Below are positions 30,104-39,238 of a stretch of 64,000 nt of DNA, piece after piece. A model generated the notes under the pieces. It was not told the origin of the DNA. It ran no database searches and worked only from the letters and a program-made list of their open reading frames with translations. Source of the DNA: Clostridia bacterium (GTDB lineage: Bacteria; Bacillota; Clostridia; Oscillospirales; RGIG577); the NCBI GenBank assembly GCA_017405765.1, contig JAFQZS010000047.1, positions 8,367 to 72,366 of the forward strand, read 5' to 3'. Position 1 is the stretch's first letter. The number at the start of each line of letters is the position of its first letter. Position numbers and translations under genes: made by a program.

Positions 30104-31162
30104 TCAAATCTCCTTTAAAACTTTTTTAAAAGCCGCTAAAAACTCATCGTTTTCATCGCGCGAGCCTGCCGTTACGCGAAGGTATTCGCCCGCAAGGCAT
30201 CTTATGGCAATACCCTCTTTTTTTAACGCCTCGAATACCTTTACGGCGTTTTTTCCGCGCATGAGCGCGAAATTTGAAACGGTAGGTATAAGCTCAAAGC
30301 CGCCGTTGGGGCATACGTCTTTAAGCTTCGACTCAAGATATTTTCTTTCGTTTACTATGGTCTCCGTTACGGATCTAAGCTTTTTTGCGTCCGAAAGCAT
30401 AACGCAGGCCGCCGCCTGAGTGAGCGAATTTACGTTGAACGGCGATTTTACCTTGCGTATAACGGAGGTAAGCTCCTTGTTAGTCACGGCAAAGCCGAGA
30501 CGCGCAGCCGCAAAGCCCGCCGCCTTTGACGCCGTGCGAAGCACGATGAGATTGTCAAAGCTCTCTACGTCGCGCACGACAGTATCGCCGTAAAAATCCA
30601 TATACGCCTCGTCTATGATGCAAAGCGCCTGAACGCTTTTTGTGAGCTTTATTATCTCGTCGCGGCTGTACGCCTGTCCCAGCGGATTGCATGGATTTGA
30701 AAACATAACGGCGCGCGGCTTCTTTACGTTCACGTCGGCTATGAGCTCGTCGCACGGTATCTTATACATGCCGTCCGGCCGGTCGAACGATACGACAGAA
30801 AGCTCTTTAAGCTGTGCGTAGAACTCGTACATCGAAAAATCGGGCGGAGTTATGTAAAGCTTGTCGCCGGCGGAGAAAAAGCCCTGTATTATAACGTTTA
30901 TAAGCTCGTCGGAGCCGTTTCCCGGCGTGATAAGATCAGGCGAAACGTCTATATAGGCGGCGTACTTTTTTACCGCCTCCGCCGCAAGCGGGTCGGGATA
31001 GCGGTTAAAGCTTACCGAAGAGACGGCCTCGGCTATCTTCTTTCTCGTTTCCGCGTCGGGCAGAAAAGGGCTTTCATTCGCGTCAAGGCGGATCTTATAT
31101 ACGTCCGTATTCGGCACATATTCCTTCATTGCCGCCATGCGCGGCGATATGTATTTGTTCAA
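30104..31162 (-). CDS. hisC: histidinol-phosphate aminotransferase
   Basis: Class II aminotransferase pattern (LDANESP, SNPCNP.G, RTASKA). It lies in the his operon. Confidence 0.9.
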   Translation of the reverse strand: MNKYISPRMAAMKEYVPNTDVYKIRLDANESPFLPDAETRKKIAEAVSSVSFNRYPDPLAAEAVKKYAAYIDVSPDLITPGNGSDELINVIIQGFFSAGDKLYITPPDFSMYEFYAQLKELSVVSFDRPDGMYKIPCDELIADVNVKKPRAVMFSNPCNPLGQAYSRDEIIKLTKSVQALCIIDEAYMDFYGDTVVRDVESFDNLIVLRTASKAAGFAAARLGFAVTNKELTSVIRKVKSPFNVNSLTQAAACVMLSDAKKLRSVTETIVNERKYLESKLKDVCPNGGFELIPTVSNFALMRGKNAVKVFEALKKEGIAIRCLAGEYLRVTAGSRDENDEFLAAFKKVLKEI

Positions 31163-32451
31163 AGGCTTTTGTCCTCCTTCATTCTTACTGTTATGGAGCC
31201 TGCGTGCGCGTCAAAGCCCTCCGCCATAGCGAACGTGACGGTATCGCGCGCGGCGGCGCTCAAGGCTTCGCCTGAAAACTCTATGAAGTTTATTTTTTTC
31301 ACAAAGCTGTCCACGTTAAGGCCCGAGAAAAAGCGCGCGCTGCCGCCCGTGGGAAGCACGTGGCTCGGCCCCGCGATATAGTCGCCTATCGGCTCGGGCG
31401 TCATCGGGCCCAAAAACACGGCGCCCGCGTTTCTTATCCTGTCAAGATATTTTCCGGCGTCTGAAAGCATTATCTCAAGATGCTCCGGCGCTATTTCGTT
31501 TGCAAGCTCTATGCAGTCGTCTATGCTTTTGCATACGACTATGCGCGAATAATCCGAAAGCGAACGCTCTATCGTTTCTCTGCGGCCAAGGCGCGCCGTC
31601 TGTATCGAAAGCTCGCGCTTGACCTTATTCGCGAAATCCTCGGAGAGGCATAAGAGTATTGCCGAAGCCATAACGTCGTGCTCCGCCTGCGACAAAAGGT
31701 CTGCCGCGGCATACGCGGGATCGGCGTTGTCGTCGGCTATTACCATGACCTCCGACGGTCCGGCTATCATGTCTATATCGACTACGCCGTATAAAAGACG
31801 CTTCGCCGTTGCAACGAATATATTGCCGGGGCCTACTATCTTGTCGGCGCGCTCTATCGACTCGGTGCCGTATGCGGCGGCGGCTACGCCCTGCGCGCCG
31901 CCTGCCTTGTATATCTTTTTTACGCCCGCTATGCGCGCGGCGGCAAGGATATTTTTGTTAAGTCTGCCGTCTTTGCCGGGCGGCGTTATTATGAACACCT
32001 CACTCACGCCGGCAACGAGCGCGGGCACGGCGTTCATAAGCACCGACGAGGGGTAGGCCGCGCGTCCGCCGGGGACGTAAAGCGCCGCTCTTTTAAGCGG
32101 GATAATCCGCTGCCCCATACGCGCGCCGTTCTTTTCGGTCTCCCACGAGGAGCGAAGCTGCCTTTTATGAAAATCGTAAATATTTTCGGCCGACTTTTCC
32201 ATTGAGCGCACGAGCGCGGGATCGGCCGAAGCATACGCCGCCTCTATCTCTTTTTCGTCCGCGGCAAATTCGCCTATCGAAACGCCGTCGAACTGCATCG
32301 TATAACGTCTTACGGCCTCGTCGCCGCCGGTTTTAACGTCTTCTATTATCTTTGCCACAGAAGCGGTTATCCGCTCGTCGGCCTGGGCGTTTCTGCCGCG
32401 CACGAGCTTTATTATCTCGCCTTCGTTTGAACTGTCGATTATCCTTATCAT
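31159..32451 (-). CDS. hisD: histidinol dehydrogenase
   Basis: 430 aa with the SQAEHD motif and IAGPSEV. Confidence 0.95.
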   Translation of the reverse strand: MIRIIDSSNEGEIIKLVRGRNAQADERITASVAKIIEDVKTGGDEAVRRYTMQFDGVSIGEFAADEKEIEAAYASADPALVRSMEKSAENIYDFHKRQLRSSWETEKNGARMGQRIIPLKRAALYVPGGRAAYPSSVLMNAVPALVAGVSEVFIITPPGKDGRLNKNILAAARIAGVKKIYKAGGAQGVAAAAYGTESIERADKIVGPGNIFVATAKRLLYGVVDIDMIAGPSEVMVIADDNADPAYAAADLLSQAEHDVMASAILLCLSEDFANKVKRELSIQTARLGRRETIERSLSDYSRIVVCKSIDDCIELANEIAPEHLEIMLSDAGKYLDRIRNAGAVFLGPMTPEPIGDYIAGPSHVLPTGGSARFFSGLNVDSFVKKINFIEFSGEALSAAARDTVTFAMAEGFDAHAGSITVRMKEDKSL

Positions 32452-32464
32452 AGGAGGTCTCCTT

Positions 32465-33085
32465 TTAAAGCGCTGTTTTTACGAGAGCGGTAAGCTCGGA
32501 TACTTCGTCCTTTTTAAGCTTCATGCTCACGGTATTTACGATAAGGCGCGCGGAAATGTCGTACATTTTTTCAAGCACGACGAGCCCGTTTTCTTTTAGT
32601 GTCGAGCCTGTCTCAACTATATCCACTATCGCGTCGGAAAGCTCCAAAAGGGGAGCAAGCTCTACAGAGCCCTCTATTTTTATGATGTCTACGTCGAGAT
32701 TGCGTTCGTTAAAATAACGCTTTGCCACGTTGGGATATTTCGATGCGATCTTTATTTGACGGTAGTCCGAATAAAGCTGCGTGCCGGGCAGACCTGCCAC
32801 GCAGAAGGAGCATACGCCCGTTTTAAAGTCGAGCACCTCGTAATATGCACCGCCGTTTTCCATTATCGTGTCTTTGCCTACTATGCCGGCGTCGCATACG
32901 CCGTGCTCAACGTAGGTGATAACGTCGGGCGCCTTGGCAAGCACGAATTCGTAATCGCCAGCCTGTATTATCAGCTTTCGTCCCTTTTCGATAAGCGGCG
33001 TCATATCGAGACCCGCGCGGGAGAGAAGCTTTACGATATCCTTTTCAACGCGCCCTTTCGTCAGGGCGATACGCAGTTTACTCAT
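32465..33085 (-). CDS. hisG: ATP phosphoribosyltransferase, short (HisZ-dependent) form
   Basis: LRIALTKGR..., about 206 aa, short form. The start was set to the ATG at 33085, overlapping the hisZ end by 8 nt. Confidence 0.9.
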   Translation of the reverse strand: MSKLRIALTKGRVEKDIVKLLSRAGLDMTPLIEKGRKLIIQAGDYEFVLAKAPDVITYVEHGVCDAGIVGKDTIMENGGAYYEVLDFKTGVCSFCVAGLPGTQLYSDYRQIKIASKYPNVAKRYFNERNLDVDIIKIEGSVELAPLLELSDAIVDIVETGSTLKENGLVVLEKMYDISARLIVNTVSMKLKKDEVSELTALVKTAL

Positions 33086-34280
33086 TATTTTCGCCTCCGA
33101 ATCCATAGTTTTCCGACTTTCCGTCCGAGATGAACACAACGCGGGAGAACGCGCCGCTTTTTGCCTTTGCCAAAGCCTCGGAAAGAGAATCGAAAAGGCT
33201 CATCTCGGCACATACGCCCGCCTCGAAGAGAGCGGCAAGCTCTTCTTCGCCGCGCTTGTAATCAGAGGGCGCGTGGCAGTGCACCAAAACGCGCTCGGCG
33301 CTTTTTTGGGGCGCGTTCTTTTTGAGCGCGATGACGATGCTGTCAACGTCTATGGCAAATCCGGTGGAGGGAAGGCCCGCGCCGAACGCTTCACAAAGCG
33401 TGTCGTATCGTCCGCCCGAAAGCGCGGCGTCGCCGAGACCCTTTAAGTATCCTCTGAACACAAGTCCCGTGTAGTATTCTATCGAGTGTACAAGTCCCAG
33501 ATCTATCGAAAGATACTTTTCATATCCGAGCGAGCATAAAAGGTCGTAAACTTCCTTCAGATGAAGTATCACGGCTTTTGCGCTGCTGTTTGGCGCGAGA
33601 TTTAACGCTTCGTCGAGCACCTCCTTGCCGCCGAACAGCGTGGGAAGGCTGCCCATGGCGCGTCTGTCGCCTATGGCGTAGCGCTCAACGAGATCGGACA
33701 GCGCCGCAAAATCCTTGCGCTCAACAAGCGTTCTCGCACGGTCGGAAAGCTCCTCCGAGTCGAAAGCGCACTCTGCAAGCGCCTTGAAGTAGCCTATATG
33801 TCCAAGCTCTATCTTAAAGCCGTCAAGCCCCAGTGCAAGAAAGCTCTCGATAGCGGTGATTATCACTTCAACGTCTGAGCGAAAGCCGCCCGCGCCCACT
33901 ATTTCAACGCCGCACTGCGTTATTTCGTCGCGGCGCGCTTTAAGCGCCTTGTTGCGCCTGAACACCTGCTGACAATACCAGAGGCGGTAGGGCATCAGCT
34001 GGGGATCGAGCTTTGTCGCGCATACGCGAAGTATCGGCGCCGTAACGTCGGGACGAAGGGAGAGTATGCGTCCCTGCGCGTCGAATAAATTATACATAGA
34101 CTCCTGAGGAAGCTCTGATGCGGAAAATACATCGTAAAACTCCAGCGTGGGAGTGATTATCTCATTAAATCCGCGTTTTGTAAACGCTGTTTTCAGGCGT
34201 TCTTCGATCATACGCTTCAAAGACGCCTCATAAGGGAGCATGTCGAACATTCCGACAGGCGTTATCTTATTGTTTCCCAT
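33078..34280 (-). CDS. hisZ: ATP phosphoribosyltransferase regulatory subunit
   Basis: HisRS-like class II core without an anticodon-binding domain (400 aa), located directly upstream of short-form hisG. Confidence 0.85.
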   Translation of the reverse strand: MGNNKITPVGMFDMLPYEASLKRMIEERLKTAFTKRGFNEIITPTLEFYDVFSASELPQESMYNLFDAQGRILSLRPDVTAPILRVCATKLDPQLMPYRLWYCQQVFRRNKALKARRDEITQCGVEIVGAGGFRSDVEVIITAIESFLALGLDGFKIELGHIGYFKALAECAFDSEELSDRARTLVERKDFAALSDLVERYAIGDRRAMGSLPTLFGGKEVLDEALNLAPNSSAKAVILHLKEVYDLLCSLGYEKYLSIDLGLVHSIEYYTGLVFRGYLKGLGDAALSGGRYDTLCEAFGAGLPSTGFAIDVDSIVIALKKNAPQKSAERVLVHCHAPSDYKRGEEELAALFEAGVCAEMSLFDSLSEALAKAKSGAFSRVVFISDGKSENYGFGGENNE

Positions 34281-34356
34281 ATATAATATTTCCTTCCTTG
34301 CTTTATTACTTTACTATACTACTGCAATAAAACATATGTGTCAAGCCCCTTTTTTC

Positions 34357-34385
34357 TTGACATCATCATCAGTCGTTCATATACT
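34357..34385 (+). promoter_or_regulatory. sigma-A promoter for coaX (divergent from hisZ)
   Basis: TTGACA (34357-34362), a 17-nt spacer and TATACT (34380-34385). A TTGACA-17-TAGTAT candidate for hisZ lies on the opposite strand, with its -35 at 34339-34344. Confidence 0.5.
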
Positions 34386-34461
34386 TAATATATGATCTGA
34401 AATATATGATAAGATAATTTTATGAATATATCAAATCCTATGTTTAAGGAGGCACCTTATA

Positions 34462-35262
34462 ATGGTTCTGGCTATTGATATAGGTAATACGAATATCGTA
34501 ATGGGCGCTATATCCGAGGAAGACGGCAAAAGAAAAATAATGTTTACTTCGCGCATATCTACAGACAAGAGCAAGACCGCCGACCAGCACGCAGTAGAGG
34601 TAAAAGATATATTCCATATGTACGGACTCGACGTATCTGCGCTTGACGGAGCGATAATCGCATCTGTCGTGCCTTCGCTTTCGTTTGTGTTCGCAAGCGC
34701 GATAGAGCGCGTTATCGGCATAAAGCCGATGATGGTGGAGCCGGGCATGAAAACGGGGCTTGATATAAAAATAGACAATCCGGCCCAGCTCGGAAGCGAT
34801 ATAGTCGTTTCGTGCGTTGCCGCCATAGAAAAGTATCCCACTCCGCTTTGCGTTATCGATCTGGGAACGGCGACGACGATAACGGTAGTTGACAAAAAGA
34901 ACGCAATACTCGGATGCCTTATCATACCCGGTATAAGGATATCATTGGAAGCGCTTCGCACCAACACATCCCAGCTTCAGGACATAAGCCTTGACGCGCC
35001 GAAAAGCCTTATCGGAAAGAACACTATCGACAGCATGAAATCGGGACTTATCATAGGAAACGCCGTCATGTTCGACGGGGTGCTCGACCGAATAGAAAAA
35101 CAGCTCGGACGCGAGCTTACGGCCGTGGCTACGGGCGATCCCGCGCAGTTCGTCATTCCTCACTGCATGAGAGACATTTCGATAGACGATGATCTCATGA
35201 TGGACGGACTTTATATACTTTATAAGAAGAACGCCGACACAAAGGCGGTAAAGCATAAATAA
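34462..35262 (+). CDS. coaX: type III pantothenate kinase
   Basis: MVLAIDIGNTN..., DLGTATT, and a 266-aa length. Confidence 0.9.
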   Translation: MVLAIDIGNTNIVMGAISEEDGKRKIMFTSRISTDKSKTADQHAVEVKDIFHMYGLDVSALDGAIIASVVPSLSFVFASAIERVIGIKPMMVEPGMKTGLDIKIDNPAQLGSDIVVSCVAAIEKYPTPLCVIDLGTATTITVVDKKNAILGCLIIPGIRISLEALRTNTSQLQDISLDAPKSLIGKNTIDSMKSGLIIGNAVMFDGVLDRIEKQLGRELTAVATGDPAQFVIPHCMRDISIDDDLMMDGLYILYKKNADTKAVKHK

Positions 35263-35370
35263 AAAAGAAAAAGCTCCAAAGCGATCTATATTTCGCTGCG
35301 GCGCTTTTTCGTTGCGCTTTACCGGCATTGCCCCTTGCGAACATTTTAAAAGCATAACGTATGCGCCTGT

Positions 35371-36534
35371 CTAAATAAAGAACTGAACTATTATCCCCAC
35401 AAAAGCTATTATAAGTCCGAGCACGGTCAAAAATGTGATGAGCATATTGTTTCTTTCGGAATACATAAGGTTAAGATCGGCTTCAAGAAGTTCGAGCATA
35501 TATTTTACCTTTTCAACAAGCGGCGCAATATTCTGGCTTTCCTGGATCACCCGCCCCAAAGAGCCTATTTCGCTTATCTCTACCTGTTCTGCCTTGTTAA
35601 GGACGGTAAGCACGCGCTTTCTGTAATTTCCCGCTTCCCTTATGCGTTTATAGAAAGACCTGTTCTCACGCGACTTGTTTTTATAGGCGGAAACGCCGTT
35701 TATTAGAGTTTTTAGCGACATAACGAATTCAACGGAGAAGAGTATCCCGTGGTTCACCGTGAGCGGGCAGCTTCCCATATAGAAATAATCGTCGACGCCG
35801 CCGTATGTTTTACGGCCGTATTCCTCCTGACGCTCAAGATAGTCAAGCCGCTCTTTCGAGTCTATCAGGTTCACGAAAACAAACGAGCCCTCGTATGCAT
35901 ATAGCTTCATAAATCTGCGGCTGCCCCAGGTGTGGGAAAGCCCCGCGCGCACCGTATTTTCGGGTACGAAGGCGTATCCCTCGTCGCCGGATATAAGTCC
36001 GTAAAGAAGCGGCGCTTCGGCTTTCTCTAATTCATCGACGGTATCATACGGTGAAGACGATCCCGTTATTTCCAAAAGATAGCTTTTTGATACGGGGTCG
36101 GATGGTGTTCCAAGCTGCGCGCAGAGCCGTTTTGCCAATTCATCGAACGAGCAGGGCGCAGATTTGGGAAAAGCAAGCGGCCTTTTCATACCCGATTGAC
36201 GAAGCGCTATAAGCTCGTCGGACGATTTATTGTCAAACGAAAAGTGGTGAGATACGCAGAAGACGCCGGAGTCGGGGATAAAGGTGAGCATCGTACAGCC
36301 AAGCTCGGGTAAAAGAATACGCGCGACCTCATAAGTCTGTCCGCCTCCGTGAAGGAATCTTTGCGCCGTCTGAAGCTCTGAAAAGTAAGACTTTTCCTTA
36401 TACTCCGCATACTCGTCGTATACTGTTGCCGAGGGGAACAAACGCACGGCGCAGTCAATAAAATCTTTTTTTGAATTCCAGCGCAGCGTAATGAAGTAAT
36501 ATGCATATGATATATTTCCGCTTACGTTTTCCAT
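35371..36534 (-). CDS. hypothetical tail-anchored protein (387 aa) with a single C-terminal TM helix
   Basis: A long ORF with coding-like composition. A C-terminal coiled segment is followed by ERNNMLITFLTVLGLIIAFVGIIVQFFI. This resembles CorA TM1 but lacks a GMN motif and a second TM. No family was recognised. Confidence 0.6.
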   Translation of the reverse strand: MENVSGNISYAYYFITLRWNSKKDFIDCAVRLFPSATVYDEYAEYKEKSYFSELQTAQRFLHGGGQTYEVARILLPELGCTMLTFIPDSGVFCVSHHFSFDNKSSDELIALRQSGMKRPLAFPKSAPCSFDELAKRLCAQLGTPSDPVSKSYLLEITGSSSPYDTVDELEKAEAPLLYGLISGDEGYAFVPENTVRAGLSHTWGSRRFMKLYAYEGSFVFVNLIDSKERLDYLERQEEYGRKTYGGVDDYFYMGSCPLTVNHGILFSVEFVMSLKTLINGVSAYKNKSRENRSFYKRIREAGNYRKRVLTVLNKAEQVEISEIGSLGRVIQESQNIAPLVEKVKYMLELLEADLNLMYSERNNMLITFLTVLGLIIAFVGIIVQFFI

Positions 36535-36747
36535 ATTGCGTCCTTTCCGATAGAAAGATTTAATTCCTAAGCAGGCAAAAAATTCGGTTTGTTATCTTTA
36601 GTATACCACAGCGCGAGGCGAAAGGGACGTTTTACGGCAATCCGAAAGCATTTTTCTTTAAAATTGACACCGCGGTGCGCGAATGTGATAAAATTGATAA
36701 AAAAGCAAGCGTAAAACACCGGCGCGCGCATAGTGAAAGGAAAAACG

Positions 36748-37845
36748 ATGAATAATGTACCATTTTGGTCTAAATACATGGAGCGATTAAACCTTCATGA
36801 TGCTTGTTGGATTATGGGAAACTGCGAAACAATTAAAGAAATAGTAAACAGATCGCCATATTATTCGCTTTTGCCCATAAGGTTTTATAATTACGGTTCA
36901 TGGAATTATCGCGAGGATTACGATATTCATTCTGTCGGCTGTTTTAGAAACGGTTTTGAGTTGGTGAGAATATCTGATATTTGCTCGTCAAAAGCTCATT
37001 TTGCACAAAAGCTTTGGGAGAAAGCGGCTGAAGAAACCCGAAAAAGATATCCCGAAATAGAAGCGCTATCTTTCGGCGCACAGTCTGCCGATGGCATATA
37101 TCCCATACAGTTCAGGTATGATATTCAAGAATTGACTGAAGCTCAGCGACAAATAATGAAGGACATAATAGACGATGGTTTTACTGTCGATGAGTATATG
37201 GATATAAAGCATTACGAAAAAGAAAGAAGGAAGATTTGGAAATATGAAGGGGTTGTAAAATATACGCGAGATGAGATGAGGGAGATAATACTTGGCACCC
37301 CTCACGGGAAAATGCCTTCAATTGAGTTGAGGAAAAGAGTATCATTCTCATATGAAGAATGTGAAGAATACTATAAATGCTTTGACGAGCGCATGTTGCT
37401 TTTGGGAAACCAGATAAGGGCATACAATTATTATCTACCGCAAAACACACCATTGTTTGAGGCCGCTAAGCAAGGAAACAAGGAAAGAATCAAAGAATTG
37501 ATTGCAGACGGGTATTCGCTGAATGAAATAAGCCCAAGCGGGGAGACGGCGTTTTCTTTACTGTTAGATGCTATTACAGAAAAAAGCAAAATGGCAGATG
37601 ACGATAGAGCTTTTCTGGATTATATTATTGAGCATGGTGTAAATGTGAACCTAATAGGCGTAACAGCAGTTGCAGAGCCGCCAGTGTTCAATGCGTTTGT
37701 TTTTAGAAACGATGATTTGTATAAATGGCTTCTCGACCACGGCGCAGATACAAATGTCCAAATATTTTATGATCTTTGGGACGGATATGATTCGTATACA
37801 GCAGATGAGTGGATAAATGAGCATATGAATATCAGCGAAGATTAA
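36748..37845 (+). CDS. hypothetical protein with C-terminal ankyrin-like repeats
   Basis: TPLFEAAKQGNKERIKELIADGYSLNE and LLDHGADTNV fit the ANK consensus. The N-terminal about 230 aa match no recognised family. The gene is markedly AT-rich. The start was set to the ATG at 36748 after a GAAAGGAAAAA RBS. Confidence 0.6.
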   Translation: MNNVPFWSKYMERLNLHDACWIMGNCETIKEIVNRSPYYSLLPIRFYNYGSWNYREDYDIHSVGCFRNGFELVRISDICSSKAHFAQKLWEKAAEETRKRYPEIEALSFGAQSADGIYPIQFRYDIQELTEAQRQIMKDIIDDGFTVDEYMDIKHYEKERRKIWKYEGVVKYTRDEMREIILGTPHGKMPSIELRKRVSFSYEECEEYYKCFDERMLLLGNQIRAYNYYLPQNTPLFEAAKQGNKERIKELIADGYSLNEISPSGETAFSLLLDAITEKSKMADDDRAFLDYIIEHGVNVNLIGVTAVAEPPVFNAFVFRNDDLYKWLLDHGADTNVQIFYDLWDGYDSYTADEWINEHMNISED

Positions 37846-38022
37846 AAGCGGTTTAATATATTGTGATAAAAAAGCAAGTGAAGAATACTCAGTGCGCCAT
37901 CGCTTTCGGAATTTTCAAATGTCGCCCGTCATGTGACCAAAAGAGGCGGCGCGCGATGGCATATTGTGACTGTAAGATAAAACGCACGCACAATATGAAA
38001 GGAGTGACTCGTATGTACGGAG

Positions 38023-38220
38023 CAATATTGGGAGATATCATAGGTTCGCCTTACGAATTTGACAGAGGTGAAAAGACGAAGGAGTTTCCGCTTTTCAATG
38101 TGACCTTTGAACCGGGCTGCCGTAATAACTGGCATATCCATCACGCGGACAAGGGACGGCGGCCGAATCGTGCGGCTTATGATATTTATAACTTGATTTA
38201 TCAAAGGAGGAACAACAAAA
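38023..38220 (+). pseudogene. chimeric gene remnant: ADP-ribosylglycohydrolase N-terminal fragment joined to a cupin fragment
   Basis: MYGAILGDIIGSPYEFDRGEKTKEFPLF matches the first about 28 aa of ARH/DraG-family proteins. It is followed immediately by NVTFEPGCRNNWHIHHADKG, a cupin-2 metal-binding strand motif. The frame then degenerates. Confidence 0.5.
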
Positions 38221-39213
38221 ATGATGAAAGAAGCTTTAGATCTGACAAAAGAATGGGATAAGACCTTCAAAAAGAGCGATAAAGTCGATCATAAAAAGGT
38301 GACGTTTCATAGCAGATACGGCATAACGCTTGCGGCCGACCTGTACGAGCCGAAAAATGCTTCAGGGAAGCTGCCCGCTATCGCCGTTTGCGGTCCGTTC
38401 GGCGCGGTAAAGGAGCAGTGCAGCGGCCTGTATGCGCAGACTATGGCCGAGCGTGGATTTATAACAATGGCGTTCGACCCTTCGTTTACGGGAGAGAGCG
38501 GCGGACAGCCGAGATATATGGCCTCGCCCGATATAAATACGGAGGACTTTCAGGCGGCCGTTGACTTTTTGTCCGTTTATGAGAAGGCCGATCCCGAAAG
38601 AATCGGCATAATAGGCATATGCGGCTGGGGCGGCTTGGCTGTAAACGCCGCCGCGCTGGACACGCGCATAAAGGCGACTGCCTCAATGACGATGTACGAC
38701 ATGACGCGCGTAAACGCAAAGGGCTATTTCGACTCCGCCGACAGCGAGGAGGCGCGCTATAACATGAAAGCCGCGCTGAACGCTCAGCGTACAGCCGACT
38801 ATAAAAGCGGCGATCATGAGCAGGGGGGCGGCGTTATAGACCCGCTGCCGGACGACGCGCCCTTCTTCGTAAAGGATTATCACGCATATTACAAGACTCC
38901 GCGCGGCTATCATAAGCGTTCGCTCAACTCAAACAACGGCTGGAACAAAACGGGCTGTATGTCGTTTATAAATCAGCCCATACTCATGTATTCAAACGAG
39001 ATAAGAAGCGCCGTTTTATTGGTTCACGGCGAAAAGGCGCACTCGTGCTATTTCTCGCGCGACGCGTATGAGGCCATGGTGAAAGACTCAAAGTATGCCG
39101 AAAACAAGGAGCTTATGATCATCCCGAACGCGGTGCATACGGACCTGTACGATAAGGTTGATATAATACCGTTCGATAAGCTTGACCGGTTCTTTAATGA
39201 CAATTTGAAATGA
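38221..39213 (+). CDS. alpha/beta hydrolase
   Basis: 330 aa. ...PAIAVCGPFGAVKEQ...AFDPSFTGESGG and the nucleophile elbow GICGWGG. Confidence 0.8.
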   Translation: MMKEALDLTKEWDKTFKKSDKVDHKKVTFHSRYGITLAADLYEPKNASGKLPAIAVCGPFGAVKEQCSGLYAQTMAERGFITMAFDPSFTGESGGQPRYMASPDINTEDFQAAVDFLSVYEKADPERIGIIGICGWGGLAVNAAALDTRIKATASMTMYDMTRVNAKGYFDSADSEEARYNMKAALNAQRTADYKSGDHEQGGGVIDPLPDDAPFFVKDYHAYYKTPRGYHKRSLNSNNGWNKTGCMSFINQPILMYSNEIRSAVLLVHGEKAHSCYFSRDAYEAMVKDSKYAENKELMIIPNAVHTDLYDKVDIIPFDKLDRFFNDNLK

Positions 39214-39238
39214 TCAAAGTCTGAAAGGAGATTTTGAT

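Noticed and set aside
34281-34461. T-box or attenuator leader for the his operon (the glnS upstream region 58891-59068 was checked too)
   Set aside because: Both intervals are about 180 nt and shared with divergent or adjacent promoters. The predicted leaders are only a few tens of nt. No specifier-loop or T-box (AGAGA...GGUGGNACCGCG) sequences are visible.
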